Assembly (NCBI GenBank): GCA_977020255.1
Contig: CDROCS010000506.1
Location: forward strand, 1,302,001-1,366,000
Length of the DNA: 64,000 bases
Direction of reading: 5' to 3'
Source of the DNA: Obrimoposthia wandeli
Lineage: Eukaryota
The position numbers were made by a program, and so were the translations under genes. Of the stretch, positions 20,250 to 30,232 are shown piece after piece (position 1 is the stretch's first letter; every line of letters begins with the position of its first letter). The notes beneath the pieces are model-generated. The model was given only the letters and a program-made list of their open reading frames with translations. It was not told where the DNA came from and ran no database searches.

Positions 20250-21260
20250 CTATTTCGCGTGACGAATACGTGGATTAACAACACCGTAGATAATATCTAC
20301 CAGTAAGTTAACTAAGATAATTAACGTGGCAATAATTAAAATACCACCCTGCACTACTGGGTAATCACGGCGGCCAATTGATTCAATTAACCATTTACCG
20401 ATACCCGGCCAAGCAAAAATTGTTTCTGTTAGGATCGCGCCAGATAATAAGATACCTACCTGCAGGCCAATAACAGTAATAACGGGAATCAAAGCATTAC
20501 GCAGTGCGTGGATCACAATCACACGCCATGGTGCTAAACCCTTCGCACGCGCGGTGCGGATATAATCTTCGCCTAACACTTCTAACATTGAAGAACGTGT
20601 CATACGGGCGATAACAGCCAGTGGAATGGTACCCAGTACGATAGAAGGCAAGATAAGGTGATGAACAGCAGAGCCAAACGCGCCAACTTCATCTGATAAC
20701 AATGAGTCAATCAGCATGAAACCAGTCACATGGTCAATCCACAGTGACACATCAATACGACCAGAAACCGGCGTCCAACCTAGATTTACCGAGAACACCA
20801 ACATCAGTAGCAATGCCCACCAGAAAATAGGCATCGAATAACCTGTTAGTGACACACCCATTACAGTGTGATCGAATACAGAGCCACGTTTAACTGCGGC
20901 AATAATACCAGCGGGTAAGCCAATACAAATGGCAAACAAAGCAGCTAAAAAAGCCAGTTCAACAGTGGCAGGGAATAACTCGAAGAATTCCTCTACAACT
21001 GGCTTTTTGGTTACCAGAGAGTTACCTAGATCGCCTTGCAGGATACCGCCTACATAAGAAAAATATTGCTTCCAGATTGGTTGATCTAAACCCAGCTCCG
21101 CAGACAAGATTGCATGACGTTCTGGTGAAATACCACGTTCACCCGCCATAATTTCAATTGGGTCACCGGGGATCATATGAATGAGCGTAAAAGTCAGTAA
21201 GGTAATACCGAAGAATGTCGGGATCACAGTACCTAGTCGCTTTAAAATAAATTGGAACAT
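20250..21260 (-). CDS. dppB: Dipeptide ABC permease DppB
   Basis: MFQFILKRLG, GERGISPERHA, EDYIRTARAKG, VVNPRIRH. Confidence 0.95.
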   Translation of the reverse strand: MFQFILKRLGTVIPTFFGITLLTFTLIHMIPGDPIEIMAGERGISPERHAILSAELGLDQPIWKQYFSYVGGILQGDLGNSLVTKKPVVEEFFELFPATVELAFLAALFAICIGLPAGIIAAVKRGSVFDHTVMGVSLTGYSMPIFWWALLLMLVFSVNLGWTPVSGRIDVSLWIDHVTGFMLIDSLLSDEVGAFGSAVHHLILPSIVLGTIPLAVIARMTRSSMLEVLGEDYIRTARAKGLAPWRVIVIHALRNALIPVITVIGLQVGILLSGAILTETIFAWPGIGKWLIESIGRRDYPVVQGGILIIATLIILVNLLVDIIYGVVNPRIRHAK

Positions 21261-21295
21261 AGAAAACTCTGAGGGTCTTTAAAGGGTTATCAATA

Positions 21296-21332
21296 AAGCC
21301 AAGGTTAATCACTTATGGATTAACCTTGGCTT
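21296..21332. other. Intercistronic stem-loop between dppA and dppB
   Basis: Perfect 15-bp stem AAGCCAAGGTTAATC / GATTAACCTTGGCTT. Confidence 0.75.
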
Positions 21333-21407
21333 ACGCTATCCAAAACACTCAAGTACGCGTTATACGCTGATTAGGCTTAGCACTTGAGGTTTCTGCATTG
21401 AGTGAAC

Positions 21408-23051
21408 TTACTTTTCTAAGCTAACGCTATAGAAGTTGTGACCACCAAGTGGATCAATCACATAACCTTTAACTTCTTTACGTACTGGTTCAAATACAAC
21501 CGAGTGTGCAATCGTTGCCCACGGCGCTTGTTGTTTGAAGATTACTTGTGCTTTTTCGTACAAGTCAGTTCGTACAGCTTGGTCTGCCGTTGTTTTAGCT
21601 TCTTTAACTAATGCATCAAATTCAGCGTTACACCACATAGAACGGTTAGCACCGCCAACAGCGTCACAACCAAGTAATACAGCTAGGAAGTTATCTGGGT
21701 CACCATTATCACCAGTCCAACCCAGTAGGATAGTTTCATGCTCGCCTTTCGACGCACGTTTTAGGTACTCGCCCCATTCAAACGTAACAATTTTAGCTTT
21801 AACGCCAACTTTAGCCCAATCAGACTGCATGATCTCAGCCATACGACGTGCGTTCGGGTTATAAGGACGTTGTACTGGCATTGCCCAGATATTAGTTTCA
21901 AAACCATCTGGGTAGCCCGCTTCAGCTAATAATGCTTTCGCTTTAACTAAGTTGAACTCGTAATCTTTAATATCAGTATTATAAGACCACATAGTTGGTG
22001 GGATTGGGTTTGTTGCCGCTGTACCAGAACCATTGAATACCGCATCAATGATGGCTGGTTTGTTGACAGCCATGTTTAGTGCTTGGCGTACGCGTACATC
22101 ATCAAACGGTTTTTTATCAACGTTAAATGCAAGATAACCAATGTTCAGGCCTTCTTGAGAAAGTAGATTGATGTTTTTATCTTCTTCCATCATTTTACGA
22201 TCTGAAGGATTCGGAAATGCCATGATCTGACATTCGTTGTTTTGCAATTTAGCAAAACGTACCGATGCGTCCGGTGTAATAGAGAAAACTAAACGGTCAA
22301 TAGCAGGAGCGCCATCCCAATAGTCGGCATTACCCGCGTAACGGATCAGTGAATCTTTTTGATATTGCTGTAGTGCAAATGGACCCGTACCAGAAGGCAT
22401 GATATCAAGTTGTGCTGCCATGCCTTTTTCAAGGAATACCTTAGCTTGCTCTGCAGACATAATTGAGGCGAAATCCATTGCTAAGTTAGCAATGAAAGGT
22501 GCTTCAGGTTGGTTAAGTACAAATTGTACTGTGTACTCGTCAATTTTATTAATTTCTTTGATTAACGAACCCATGCTCATTGCATTGTAGTATTCGTATG
22601 AACCACCAGAAACTTTATGATAAGGGTTTTCAGCATTGCCTTGACGGTCAAATGAGAAGATAACATCATCGGCATTGAATGAACGAGTCGGGGTAAAGTC
22701 TTTCGTCGTATGGAATGGTACGTCATGACGAAGTTTGAATGTGTAAACCAGACCATCTTCTGATACATCCCAGCTTTCTGCTAGTGCAGGAATAACTTCT
22801 GTTGTACCTAACTTAAATTCAACCAGACGGTTAAAGATAGTTTTTGATGATGCATCAAACGTAGTACCTGTAGTAAATAATCCAGGGTTGAAGCCTTCTG
22901 GGCTTGCTTCTGAACAATATACAAAAGAAACAGGTTTTTTAGCTGCTGCTGAAGATGAATCTTTCGCTACTTTATCGTCTGAACAACCACTTAAACCTAA
23001 CGTGATAATACTGGCGATAGATAGCGATAACGCGACTTTCCCTTTATTCAT
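21408..23051 (-). CDS. dppA: Dipeptide-binding protein DppA, with a lipoprotein signal
   Basis: VYCSEASPEGFNP, GTGPF, WAMPVQRPYNPNARRM, GWTGDNGDPDNF; lipobox LSGC; GGAG SD before ATG 23051. Confidence 0.93.
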   Translation of the reverse strand: MNKGKVALSLSIASIITLGLSGCSDDKVAKDSSSAAAKKPVSFVYCSEASPEGFNPGLFTTGTTFDASSKTIFNRLVEFKLGTTEVIPALAESWDVSEDGLVYTFKLRHDVPFHTTKDFTPTRSFNADDVIFSFDRQGNAENPYHKVSGGSYEYYNAMSMGSLIKEINKIDEYTVQFVLNQPEAPFIANLAMDFASIMSAEQAKVFLEKGMAAQLDIMPSGTGPFALQQYQKDSLIRYAGNADYWDGAPAIDRLVFSITPDASVRFAKLQNNECQIMAFPNPSDRKMMEEDKNINLLSQEGLNIGYLAFNVDKKPFDDVRVRQALNMAVNKPAIIDAVFNGSGTAATNPIPPTMWSYNTDIKDYEFNLVKAKALLAEAGYPDGFETNIWAMPVQRPYNPNARRMAEIMQSDWAKVGVKAKIVTFEWGEYLKRASKGEHETILLGWTGDNGDPDNFLAVLLGCDAVGGANRSMWCNAEFDALVKEAKTTADQAVRTDLYEKAQVIFKQQAPWATIAHSVVFEPVRKEVKGYVIDPLGGHNFYSVSLEK

Positions 23052-23065
23052 GCCTTGCTCCATTA

Positions 23066-23075
23066 TGCGATGTTG
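23066..23075 (-). promoter_or_regulatory. Putative GcvB R1 target site in the dppA leader
   Basis: CAACATCGCA directly upstream of the SD; resembles the C/A-rich enterobacterial dppA GcvB site (recalled, not aligned). Confidence 0.45.
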
Positions 23076-23430
23076 ATAACGTTAACAGCAGATCATAGAT
23101 CTTGATTTAAGTTAACGCCGTTTTGCAGATACATTGTCCGCGAATTGTTATTTTCACAGCGAAATTACGTTTTTAGCGCAGAGATGTAAACCTATGTGAG
23201 CGGAATAACCAATGACAACACGACGATATTATTCACTGAAACAGTCAGATAAGCTGGTTGAGTAAGAAAAAGTAACAGATGCGATAATAGCTTAAAGTAA
23301 TACTGCAAAGATAAAATTTAATTTAATTCGAAGCACATTAATAATAAGCCTTATAATTCAAAGGACTAATAGATAACAAAAAGGAATAACGATGAAAAGT
23401 AGGATGCTACGAGCAGGATAGATGACTAAG

Positions 23431-23446
23431 TGTGATTTAAGTCACG
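23431..23446. promoter_or_regulatory. Putative CRP site upstream of dppA
   Basis: TGTGA-tttaag-TCACG. Confidence 0.5.
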
Positions 23447-23701
23447 AATTTTGTAAAATGGGAGATTGCACTGGCTACTGATGATAATTAAAGCAGTGTA
23501 ATTTGTCGATTTAGACTAATAACGCAGTTAAATAAATCGTTATAGTATTTTATAGCATGATTATTTAATATTTTGTTAGAAATAAGCCGTTAAAATGAAT
23601 ATTTATCAATAGTGTTTTAAATGCCGCTTAATATAGATGTTAAGATTAAACGGCAGCCACTCGACAGGAAAGCCAGTGTTAAACGCTAAATAAAGTCATA
23701 A

Positions 23702-24205
23702 CTAAAGCACAAAATAAGCAATCAACTGCACACCAGCTAACGCGAATACGCCCGCGAGTATATCATCAACCATAATACCAAAGCCGCCATGGGTATTTTT
23801 ATCTAACCAGCCAATAGGTCCCGGCTTAACGATATCAAAAAAGCGAAACAGTGCAAAACCAAGAATAACCCACAACCAGCCTTGCGGCGCTGCGATCATG
23901 GTAACGCCGTAACCGGCAAATTCATCCCACACGATAGCACCGTGATCATGTACGCCCATGGCCTTACTCGCGCTAGCACAAATATACACACCAATAACCG
24001 ATGCGAAGGCCACAATAGCGATGTACTGCCACAAGCCGAGCTCTAATACGCTCGTCATCAGTAAATACAATGGAATAGCAGCAAGCGTACCCATCGTGCC
24101 TGGCGCTTTAGGAAACAAACCACTACCAAAACCAACTGCAGCTAAATGCACAGGGTTAGCGTAATTTAATTTTTGTAATTCTGGCGATAAAAAATCTTTT
24201 TTCAT
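23702..24205 (-). CDS. pgpA: Phosphatidylglycerophosphatase A
   Basis: GFGSGLFPKAPGTMGT, HDHGAIVWDEFAG, FRFFDIVKP, GGFGIMVDD; ATGA overlap with thiL. Confidence 0.96.
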   Translation of the reverse strand: MKKDFLSPELQKLNYANPVHLAAVGFGSGLFPKAPGTMGTLAAIPLYLLMTSVLELGLWQYIAIVAFASVIGVYICASASKAMGVHDHGAIVWDEFAGYGVTMIAAPQGWLWVILGFALFRFFDIVKPGPIGWLDKNTHGGFGIMVDDILAGVFALAGVQLIAYFVL

Positions 24206-25305
24206 TGGAAGTGATCCCATCCTTGCAAAACAAGCCTTGTTAATTGCTTATCGTTATAATAATTAATTTGTGATTCAACTTTTTGTGATTCAGCTGCTTT
24301 TAAGTCAACTGGTTTTGATTCAGTTATGTCTGCTTGTTCAGCACAGACTATCTCACCGATATGGGTGTAAGGTAAACCTTGTGCACTCATTACTGTTTCT
24401 AGTTGTGCTTTTTGCTGCAGCGATACAGTAAATAGTAATTCATAATCATCACCACCAGCAAGGGCATATTGCGGCCATAACGCTTTACTTACATAAGTTT
24501 GCAATGCGTTGGATAACGGCAATGCTGTCAGTTCAATATTTGCCGATAATGTAATACCACAAGCGCGGCTAGAAGCCTTGAGTATATGCTGTAAATCTGA
24601 TGCTAATCCGTCTGACAGGTCAATGCAACTGTTAGCAATACCAGCTAAAGCTTGTCCCGTAGAGACTCGCGCCGTTGGTCGTTGATGACGGGCAATTAAA
24701 AATGCTCGCTCGCTATCCGTTAATGCTGTTTCAGCCGTTGTTGCCAGCGCATGCATTTCAGCATCGGGATCTGTGCGGTTATCGGCATCGATTAATAGTT
24801 TCAATCCTGCGTTCGCATCACCAATCGTGCCACTGCAATAAATTAAATCACCTACTTGCGCACCTTGTCTACGTAATGCTTGGCCTTGTTCGACAAAACC
24901 TTGCAAGGTCAACGTCAGCGTCATCTCGCCTTTAGTGGTATCGCCGCCAATTAAGCTAACACCATAACGGTGTAATTGTTGATGCAGGCAATCACTAAAG
25001 TCTGCTAACCAAGCATGATCATAATCCGGCAGGGTTAATGCTAATGAAGCCCAAGCAGGTTGCCCGCCCATTGCAGCGATATCACTGATGTTTACCGCAA
25101 CCAGTTTGTGTGCAACATCTGCAGGATTAGCATCAGGTAGGAAGTGGATACCACGCACCATAGTATCTGTAGTCACGACTAACTGCTTGCCTGCAGGAAC
25201 AGACAGGATTGCACAATCATCACCAATACCAGCGATGACGTCATCTCGTGATATCGATTTATTCGTGAAATATTGCCCAATTAAATCAAACTCGCCTGTT
25301 GCCAT
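24202..25305 (-). CDS. thiL: Thiamine-monophosphate kinase
   Basis: GEFDLIGQYF, GIGDDCA, NISDIAAMGG, GGDTT, IDLSDGL, GGDDYEL. Confidence 0.95.
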   Translation of the reverse strand: MATGEFDLIGQYFTNKSISRDDVIAGIGDDCAILSVPAGKQLVVTTDTMVRGIHFLPDANPADVAHKLVAVNISDIAAMGGQPAWASLALTLPDYDHAWLADFSDCLHQQLHRYGVSLIGGDTTKGEMTLTLTLQGFVEQGQALRRQGAQVGDLIYCSGTIGDANAGLKLLIDADNRTDPDAEMHALATTAETALTDSERAFLIARHQRPTARVSTGQALAGIANSCIDLSDGLASDLQHILKASSRACGITLSANIELTALPLSNALQTYVSKALWPQYALAGGDDYELLFTVSLQQKAQLETVMSAQGLPYTHIGEIVCAEQADITESKPVDLKAAESQKVESQINYYNDKQLTRLVLQGWDHFQ

Positions 25306-25443
25306 CTTGATCTTATCTTCCATTATCTAAATTAATAACACTATTATACTGTTGTTTATGCCAATGCCTATAAGCAACTATCTATAAACAGCTATCTATA
25401 AATAACAGCGCAGAAAAATGCTATTGCTATCGCAAATATACAT

Positions 25444-25498
25444 GGCCATGGATGGCCTTGTCTAAGCGCACAGGGATGTCTTGAGCGGTTTGCAGGAG
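25444..25498 (+). repeat. Second GGA-loop hairpin repeat (nusB-thiL intergenic)
   Basis: GGCCA-TGGA-TGGCC, ACA-GGGA-TGT and CAGGAG on the plus strand. Confidence 0.6.
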
Positions 25499-25530
25499 TA
25501 ATATCATTTAGAGCGCTTAATTTCAGGCAT

Positions 25531-25563
25531 AAAAAAAGCCAGCAACCTGTGCTAGCTTTTTTT
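25531..25563. terminator. Terminator after nusB
   Basis: AAAAAAAGC.AGCA-acctg-TGCT.GCTTTTTTT. Confidence 0.7.
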
Positions 25564-25584
25564 GCATTGAAGAAAATAATTAAA

Positions 25585-26007
25585 TTATTTTTTCAAACGT
25601 AATTGCAATTTACTTACAATTTTATCTAATACGCCGTTAACGAATTTATGGCTGTCTTCAGCGCCAAAGTCTTTCGCTAATTCGATAGATTCATTGATCA
25701 CAACTTTATAAGGTACATCTTGACGCTTAGTTAGCTCAAAAGTAGAAAGACGTAAAATCGCTTTCTCAACCAAGTCTAAATCGCCGATTGGACGAGATAG
25801 GAATGGTGACATTAACTCATCAAGTTCTACAGAGTTTAAGCTCACGCCTAATACAAGTTCACGAAAGTAAACTGCATCAGTGTCGCTAAAATCTTGCTCT
25901 GTTACAAATTGGTGTTCAATATTTGCAACAGTTTCTTTTGTCATTTGCCATTGATAAATTGCTTGTGTGGCAAACTGACGTGCCTTACTACGTTCCGAAG
26001 GTTTCAT
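25585..26007 (-). CDS. nusB: Transcription antitermination factor NusB
   Basis: [39 protein letters not shown]. Confidence 0.97.
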   Translation of the reverse strand: MKPSERSKARQFATQAIYQWQMTKETVANIEHQFVTEQDFSDTDAVYFRELVLGVSLNSVELDELMSPFLSRPIGDLDLVEKAILRLSTFELTKRQDVPYKVVINESIELAKDFGAEDSHKFVNGVLDKIVSKLQLRLKK

Positions 26008-26489
26008 TTTTTCTCCAATAATACATCAACTTGATGCAAAACATTCACCATTTCAAGTGCACTAAGAGCAGCCTCCGACCCTTTATTACCAGCCTTGGTA
26101 CCAGCACGCTCAATTGCTTGCTCAATAGTGTCTGTCGTTAGAACACCAAATGCAACAGGTACATCGTAGTCCATTGAAACTTGAGCAAGACCTTTATTAC
26201 ATTCGCCAGCTACGAATTCAAAATGTGGTGTACCACCACGAATTACCGTACCTAAAGCAATAATCGCATCAAACTGTTTCGTTGCAGCAACACGCTTAGC
26301 GATAAGCGGTAATTCAACAGCGCCAGGAACACGAACAACAGTGATGTTGTCATCGCTAACTTGACCAAAACGTTTTAGTGAATCGATAGCACCGGCTAAC
26401 AAGCTTTCATTAATGAAGCTGTTAAAACGAGAAATAACAATTGCAATTTTTGCTTCTGGAGCAGGAACATTTCCTTCGATAATTTTCAT
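26004..26489 (-). CDS. ribH: 6,7-dimethyl-8-ribityllumazine synthase
   Basis: MKIIEG start; [38 protein letters not shown]. Confidence 0.97.
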   Translation of the reverse strand: MKIIEGNVPAPEAKIAIVISRFNSFINESLLAGAIDSLKRFGQVSDDNITVVRVPGAVELPLIAKRVAATKQFDAIIALGTVIRGGTPHFEFVAGECNKGLAQVSMDYDVPVAFGVLTTDTIEQAIERAGTKAGNKGSEAALSALEMVNVLHQVDVLLEKK

Positions 26490-26644
26490 GTGTACAAATC
26501 CTATATCACGGCACGTAAATTTACGGCCAATTTTAATTATTGAGAATCGACTGACGAAAGGGCTCGGATTGTACCAAGCTTTCGTCAGCAAGCAAACTTA
26601 TTCTACGACTATCGCTAAAACTTACTTAGCAATAAGGCTAAAAC

Positions 26645-27754
26645 TTATTTCGAGATGTATTCGACAACTTCCAAGCCAAAGCCTGATAGTGAATGGTAAC
26701 GTTTGTCCGAGCTTAACAGCTTCATCTTAGACACGCCCATATCAGCTAAAATTTGTGAACCCACACCAACGCGGCGTGATGTACCCTGCCATTTTGCTTT
26801 TGGCTGTGCATCGCCTTTATCTTCTTGAGCAAATTGTTTTACTTTTTCGATGATATCGTTAGAGTTTTCTTCGTTACCTAAGATAACCATAACACCGCCA
26901 TCACGGCCGATACGCGCCATTGCATCATCCAATGACCACGAGATCTTGCTCGCACGGTCAGTACGTAGAATATCAGTCATGGTATTTTGTACATGTACAC
27001 GAACCAGTGTTGGCTGCTGAGCAACAACATCACCTTTACGTAATGCATAGTGTACTTGGTTATCAATGGTGTCACGGTAAGTCACTAAATCAAAGTCACC
27101 GTGTTCAGTTGGTAATTTACATTCAGCAACACGTTCAATCGTTGTTTCGTTACTGTTACGGTATTCAATTAAATCAGCTACTGTGCCCAATTTAAGACCG
27201 TGTTTTTCAGCAAATATTTCTAAGTCTGGACGACGCGCCATTTCACCGTCATCTTTTAATATCTCAACAATCACGCCAGCTGGTTCACAACCCGCTAAAC
27301 GTGCAAGATCGCAACCTGCTTCAGTATGACCTGCGCGTGTTAATACACCGCCGTCTTGCGCTGCAAGTGGGAAAATGTGGCCAGGCATTACAATATCAAC
27401 CGGTTTCGCATCGCCAGCAACTGCTGATAATACCGTTACTGCGCGATCTGTTGCAGAAATACCCGTTGTCACGCCTTCAGCCGCTTCAATAGAAACTGTG
27501 AAGTTAGTTGAGAATTGCGCCGTATTGTCTTGAACCATTAAAGGTAACTGTAATTGCGCTACGCGTTCTTTGGTTAATGTCAGACAAATTAGACCGCGAC
27601 CGTGTGTCGCCATAAAGTTAATTGCCTCTGGCGTTACTTTGTCAGCCGCCATAATCAAATCGCCTTCATTTTCGCGATCTTCATCATCCATCAAGATAAC
27701 CATTTTACCTAGGCGGATGTCTTCAATAATATCTTCAATACGACTTAGTGCCAT
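26645..27754 (-). CDS. ribB: DHBP synthase fused to a degenerate GTP cyclohydrolase II-like domain (RibBX type)
   Basis: [24 protein letters not shown]; the C-terminal domain reads [13 protein letters not shown] and lacks the Zn-binding cysteines of RibA. Confidence 0.92.
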   Translation of the reverse strand: MALSRIEDIIEDIRLGKMVILMDDEDRENEGDLIMAADKVTPEAINFMATHGRGLICLTLTKERVAQLQLPLMVQDNTAQFSTNFTVSIEAAEGVTTGISATDRAVTVLSAVAGDAKPVDIVMPGHIFPLAAQDGGVLTRAGHTEAGCDLARLAGCEPAGVIVEILKDDGEMARRPDLEIFAEKHGLKLGTVADLIEYRNSNETTIERVAECKLPTEHGDFDLVTYRDTIDNQVHYALRKGDVVAQQPTLVRVHVQNTMTDILRTDRASKISWSLDDAMARIGRDGGVMVILGNEENSNDIIEKVKQFAQEDKGDAQPKAKWQGTSRRVGVGSQILADMGVSKMKLLSSDKRYHSLSGFGLEVVEYISK

Positions 27755-27802
27755 GTTCATAGCCCCTTAATAACAATTAAAAACTGAACGTGAATAGATG
27801 TT

Positions 27803-28468
27803 TTACTTTAAAAAACCATTACTCGCAAGAAAATCCATGGTGATACCTTGTTCAGGCGTGCTTGATTCAGCCGCTTTATCACCTAGCATGATCCGCTCTA
27901 AATAACGGGCAATAACATCTACTTCTAAATTAACTTTACGACCGACGACATAACTGTCTATCGTTGTTTCTAACGCAGTATGCGGTACGATCGTTAATTT
28001 GAATTTAGCGCCGTCAATTTCATTAATAGTTAAACTGATACCATCAATGGTAATTGAACCTTTTTCGGCAATATAACGGGCTAATTCATTTGGAGCTTGT
28101 AACCAATACTCAGTCGCACGACCAAGTTTAGCTATATTTACAATCTCGGCGACGCCATCAACATGACCACTCACTAAGTGACCACCAAGACGTGTGCTTA
28201 AGGTTAACGCTTTTTCTAAGTTTACCTTATCACCAATTTTGTAATGCGCAAAACCAGAGCGCTTTATCGTCTCTAATGATACATCTGCGCGGTAGCCATT
28301 GCTTAGTAATTCAACAACTGTCAGGCATACACCGTTCGTTGCGATACTATCGCCAAGTTTTACATCAGTTAAATCAAGCGAGCCACTGTCAACAGTGATA
28401 CTCACATCAGCGCCTTTTGGCGTTAAACTCGTGAGCGTACCCACGGTTTCAATAATTCCTGTAAACAT
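27803..28468 (-). CDS. ribE: Riboflavin synthase alpha chain
   Basis: MFTGIIE, GDSIATNGVCLTV, GGHLVSGHVDG, VNLEVD. Confidence 0.97.
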   Translation of the reverse strand: MFTGIIETVGTLTSLTPKGADVSITVDSGSLDLTDVKLGDSIATNGVCLTVVELLSNGYRADVSLETIKRSGFAHYKIGDKVNLEKALTLSTRLGGHLVSGHVDGVAEIVNIAKLGRATEYWLQAPNELARYIAEKGSITIDGISLTINEIDGAKFKLTIVPHTALETTIDSYVVGRKVNLEVDVIARYLERIMLGDKAAESSTPEQGITMDFLASNGFLK

Positions 28469-29757
28469 TAGTATTCCGGTTTTGCTGTAATGCGAAGATC
28501 GTCACCGACCTGCGTGATATCGGTAAAGCTAAACTTAGGCACTTGCGCCATGTCAGTTAGCTCGCTTAATACTGCTAGTCCTCTGGCACTATCACCCATG
28601 AGTTTGGGCGCCAGATAAATAATTATCTCATCCACCAGCTTATTTTCAAGTAGTGCACCTGCTAGTGTAGCTCCCGCTTCAACCCAAAGTTCATTAATAT
28701 CCTGCTGTGCGAGTGCCGTCATTAACTGGTTTAGATCTATGTTATGGAGACTATCTTGGCCAATTTCAATTCGAGAGACTGATTCATTTGTAAGTCGTAC
28801 ATCAGCAGTTTGCTGTTCAGCCTTGCCGTCCATACTATCTTTCGCACCATTAACCAAGAGTATCTCACCAGGCAGAAAGAATAGCTTTAATGGTAAAGAT
28901 GATGACTCAAGATGTGCATCTAACCTGCGATGATTATCCAGTATCACTCGAATTGGCTGACGTACTTGAGACTGACTTTCTTTAGCTAAGGTCTGATTTG
29001 AATTAGTTAGAGGTTTATCTATAACGTCTAGTGGATAATCAACTTGGCTCGCACCTAGTTCGCTATAACGTACATTAAGTGACGCATCGTCCATCATAAC
29101 CGTGCTTGCTGTTGATAAGATAGCACTAGCTTGAGCACGATACACTTGCACATCACTGCGCGCAGCAGGACCTGTGATCCACTTGCTTTCACCATTTTTT
29201 AATGCCGTGCGGCCATCAAGACTAGCCGCCATTTTCAACCGTACAAAAGGACGTTGTTTTTGCATGCGTAAAATAAAACCAGGGTTCAATGCATGAGCTT
29301 GCGCTGATAATAAACCGATACGCACTTTAATGCCTGCAGCAATTAATATCGCAATGCCCTTACCCGCCACTTTGGGGTTTGGATCAACCATGGCAATCAC
29401 AACTTCAGCGACTTGTGCTTTAACCAAAGCAGCAGCGCAAGGCGGCGTCCGGCCATAATGGCTACAAGGTTCTAATGTCACATAACAAGTTGCGCCATGA
29501 GCATCAGTATCTGCGCCATTTAACGCATAAATTTCTGCATGGGGTTCGCCAGCACGTAAATGAAAACCTTCACCTATGACTTTGCCTGCTTTAACAATAA
29601 CACAGCCAACATTGGGGTTTGGTGCCGTAGTAAAACGCCCTTTTTCAGCAAGTGTGATAGCACCTTGCATATGCAAGTTGTCTGCAGCATTGAATTGACT
29701 GGATTCGATAAGATCTGCGACTAACAGATCTAATTCAGTGCGTGATGTGATAGGCAT
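28468..29757 (-). CDS. ribD: Bifunctional riboflavin deaminase/reductase (start uncertain, 29757 chosen)
   Basis: PNPNVGCV, HAE, TLEPCSHYGRTPPC, SLDGRTA, WVEAGATL. Confidence 0.95.
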   Translation of the reverse strand: MPITSRTELDLLVADLIESSQFNAADNLHMQGAITLAEKGRFTTAPNPNVGCVIVKAGKVIGEGFHLRAGEPHAEIYALNGADTDAHGATCYVTLEPCSHYGRTPPCAAALVKAQVAEVVIAMVDPNPKVAGKGIAILIAAGIKVRIGLLSAQAHALNPGFILRMQKQRPFVRLKMAASLDGRTALKNGESKWITGPAARSDVQVYRAQASAILSTASTVMMDDASLNVRYSELGASQVDYPLDVIDKPLTNSNQTLAKESQSQVRQPIRVILDNHRRLDAHLESSSLPLKLFFLPGEILLVNGAKDSMDGKAEQQTADVRLTNESVSRIEIGQDSLHNIDLNQLMTALAQQDINELWVEAGATLAGALLENKLVDEIIIYLAPKLMGDSARGLAVLSELTDMAQVPKFSFTDITQVGDDLRITAKPEY

Positions 29758-29782
29758 AATCGATGAGGACTCTGGTATTAGG

Positions 29783-30232
29783 TTATTTGTCGAGTTTAGC
29801 GATTTCTTCATTAAATTCTTTTACATCTTCAAAAGAACGATAGACAGAGGCAAAACGCACATAAGCGACTTTATCGAGCTTTTTCAGTACATCCATCACC
29901 AGTTCACCGAGAAAACTGGATTCAACTTCACGTTCACCCGTGGCTCTTAAACTCGATTTGATCTGATTAATACCGAGTTCAATTTGCTCTGCAGCAACCG
30001 GACGTTTCTCTAACGCACGATAAATACCATTAACTAGTTTATCTTCGTTAAAAGGTTCGCGCTTATCATCTGTTTTAATGATACGTGGCATCACTAATTC
30101 GGCCGTTTCAAAGGTAGTAAAACGTTCATGACATTTCGCACACTCACGGCGGCGACGCACCTGATGGCCTTCAGCCACAAGACGAGAGTCGATAACTTTA
30201 GTTTCAGTCGCAGAACAAAATGGACAGAACAT
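29783..30232 (-). CDS. nrdR: Transcriptional repressor NrdR
   Basis: CPFC...VIDSR...[17 protein letters not shown]; YVRFASVY. Confidence 0.97.
   Translation of the reverse strand: MFCPFCSATETKVIDSRLVAEGHQVRRRRECAKCHERFTTFETAELVMPRIIKTDDKREPFNEDKLVNGIYRALEKRPVAAEQIELGINQIKSSLRATGEREVESSFLGELVMDVLKKLDKVAYVRFASVYRSFEDVKEFNEEIAKLDK

Noticed and set aside
25376-25402. Direct repeat CTATCTATAAA x2 upstream of thiL
   Set aside because: Short AT-rich duplication with no evidence of function.
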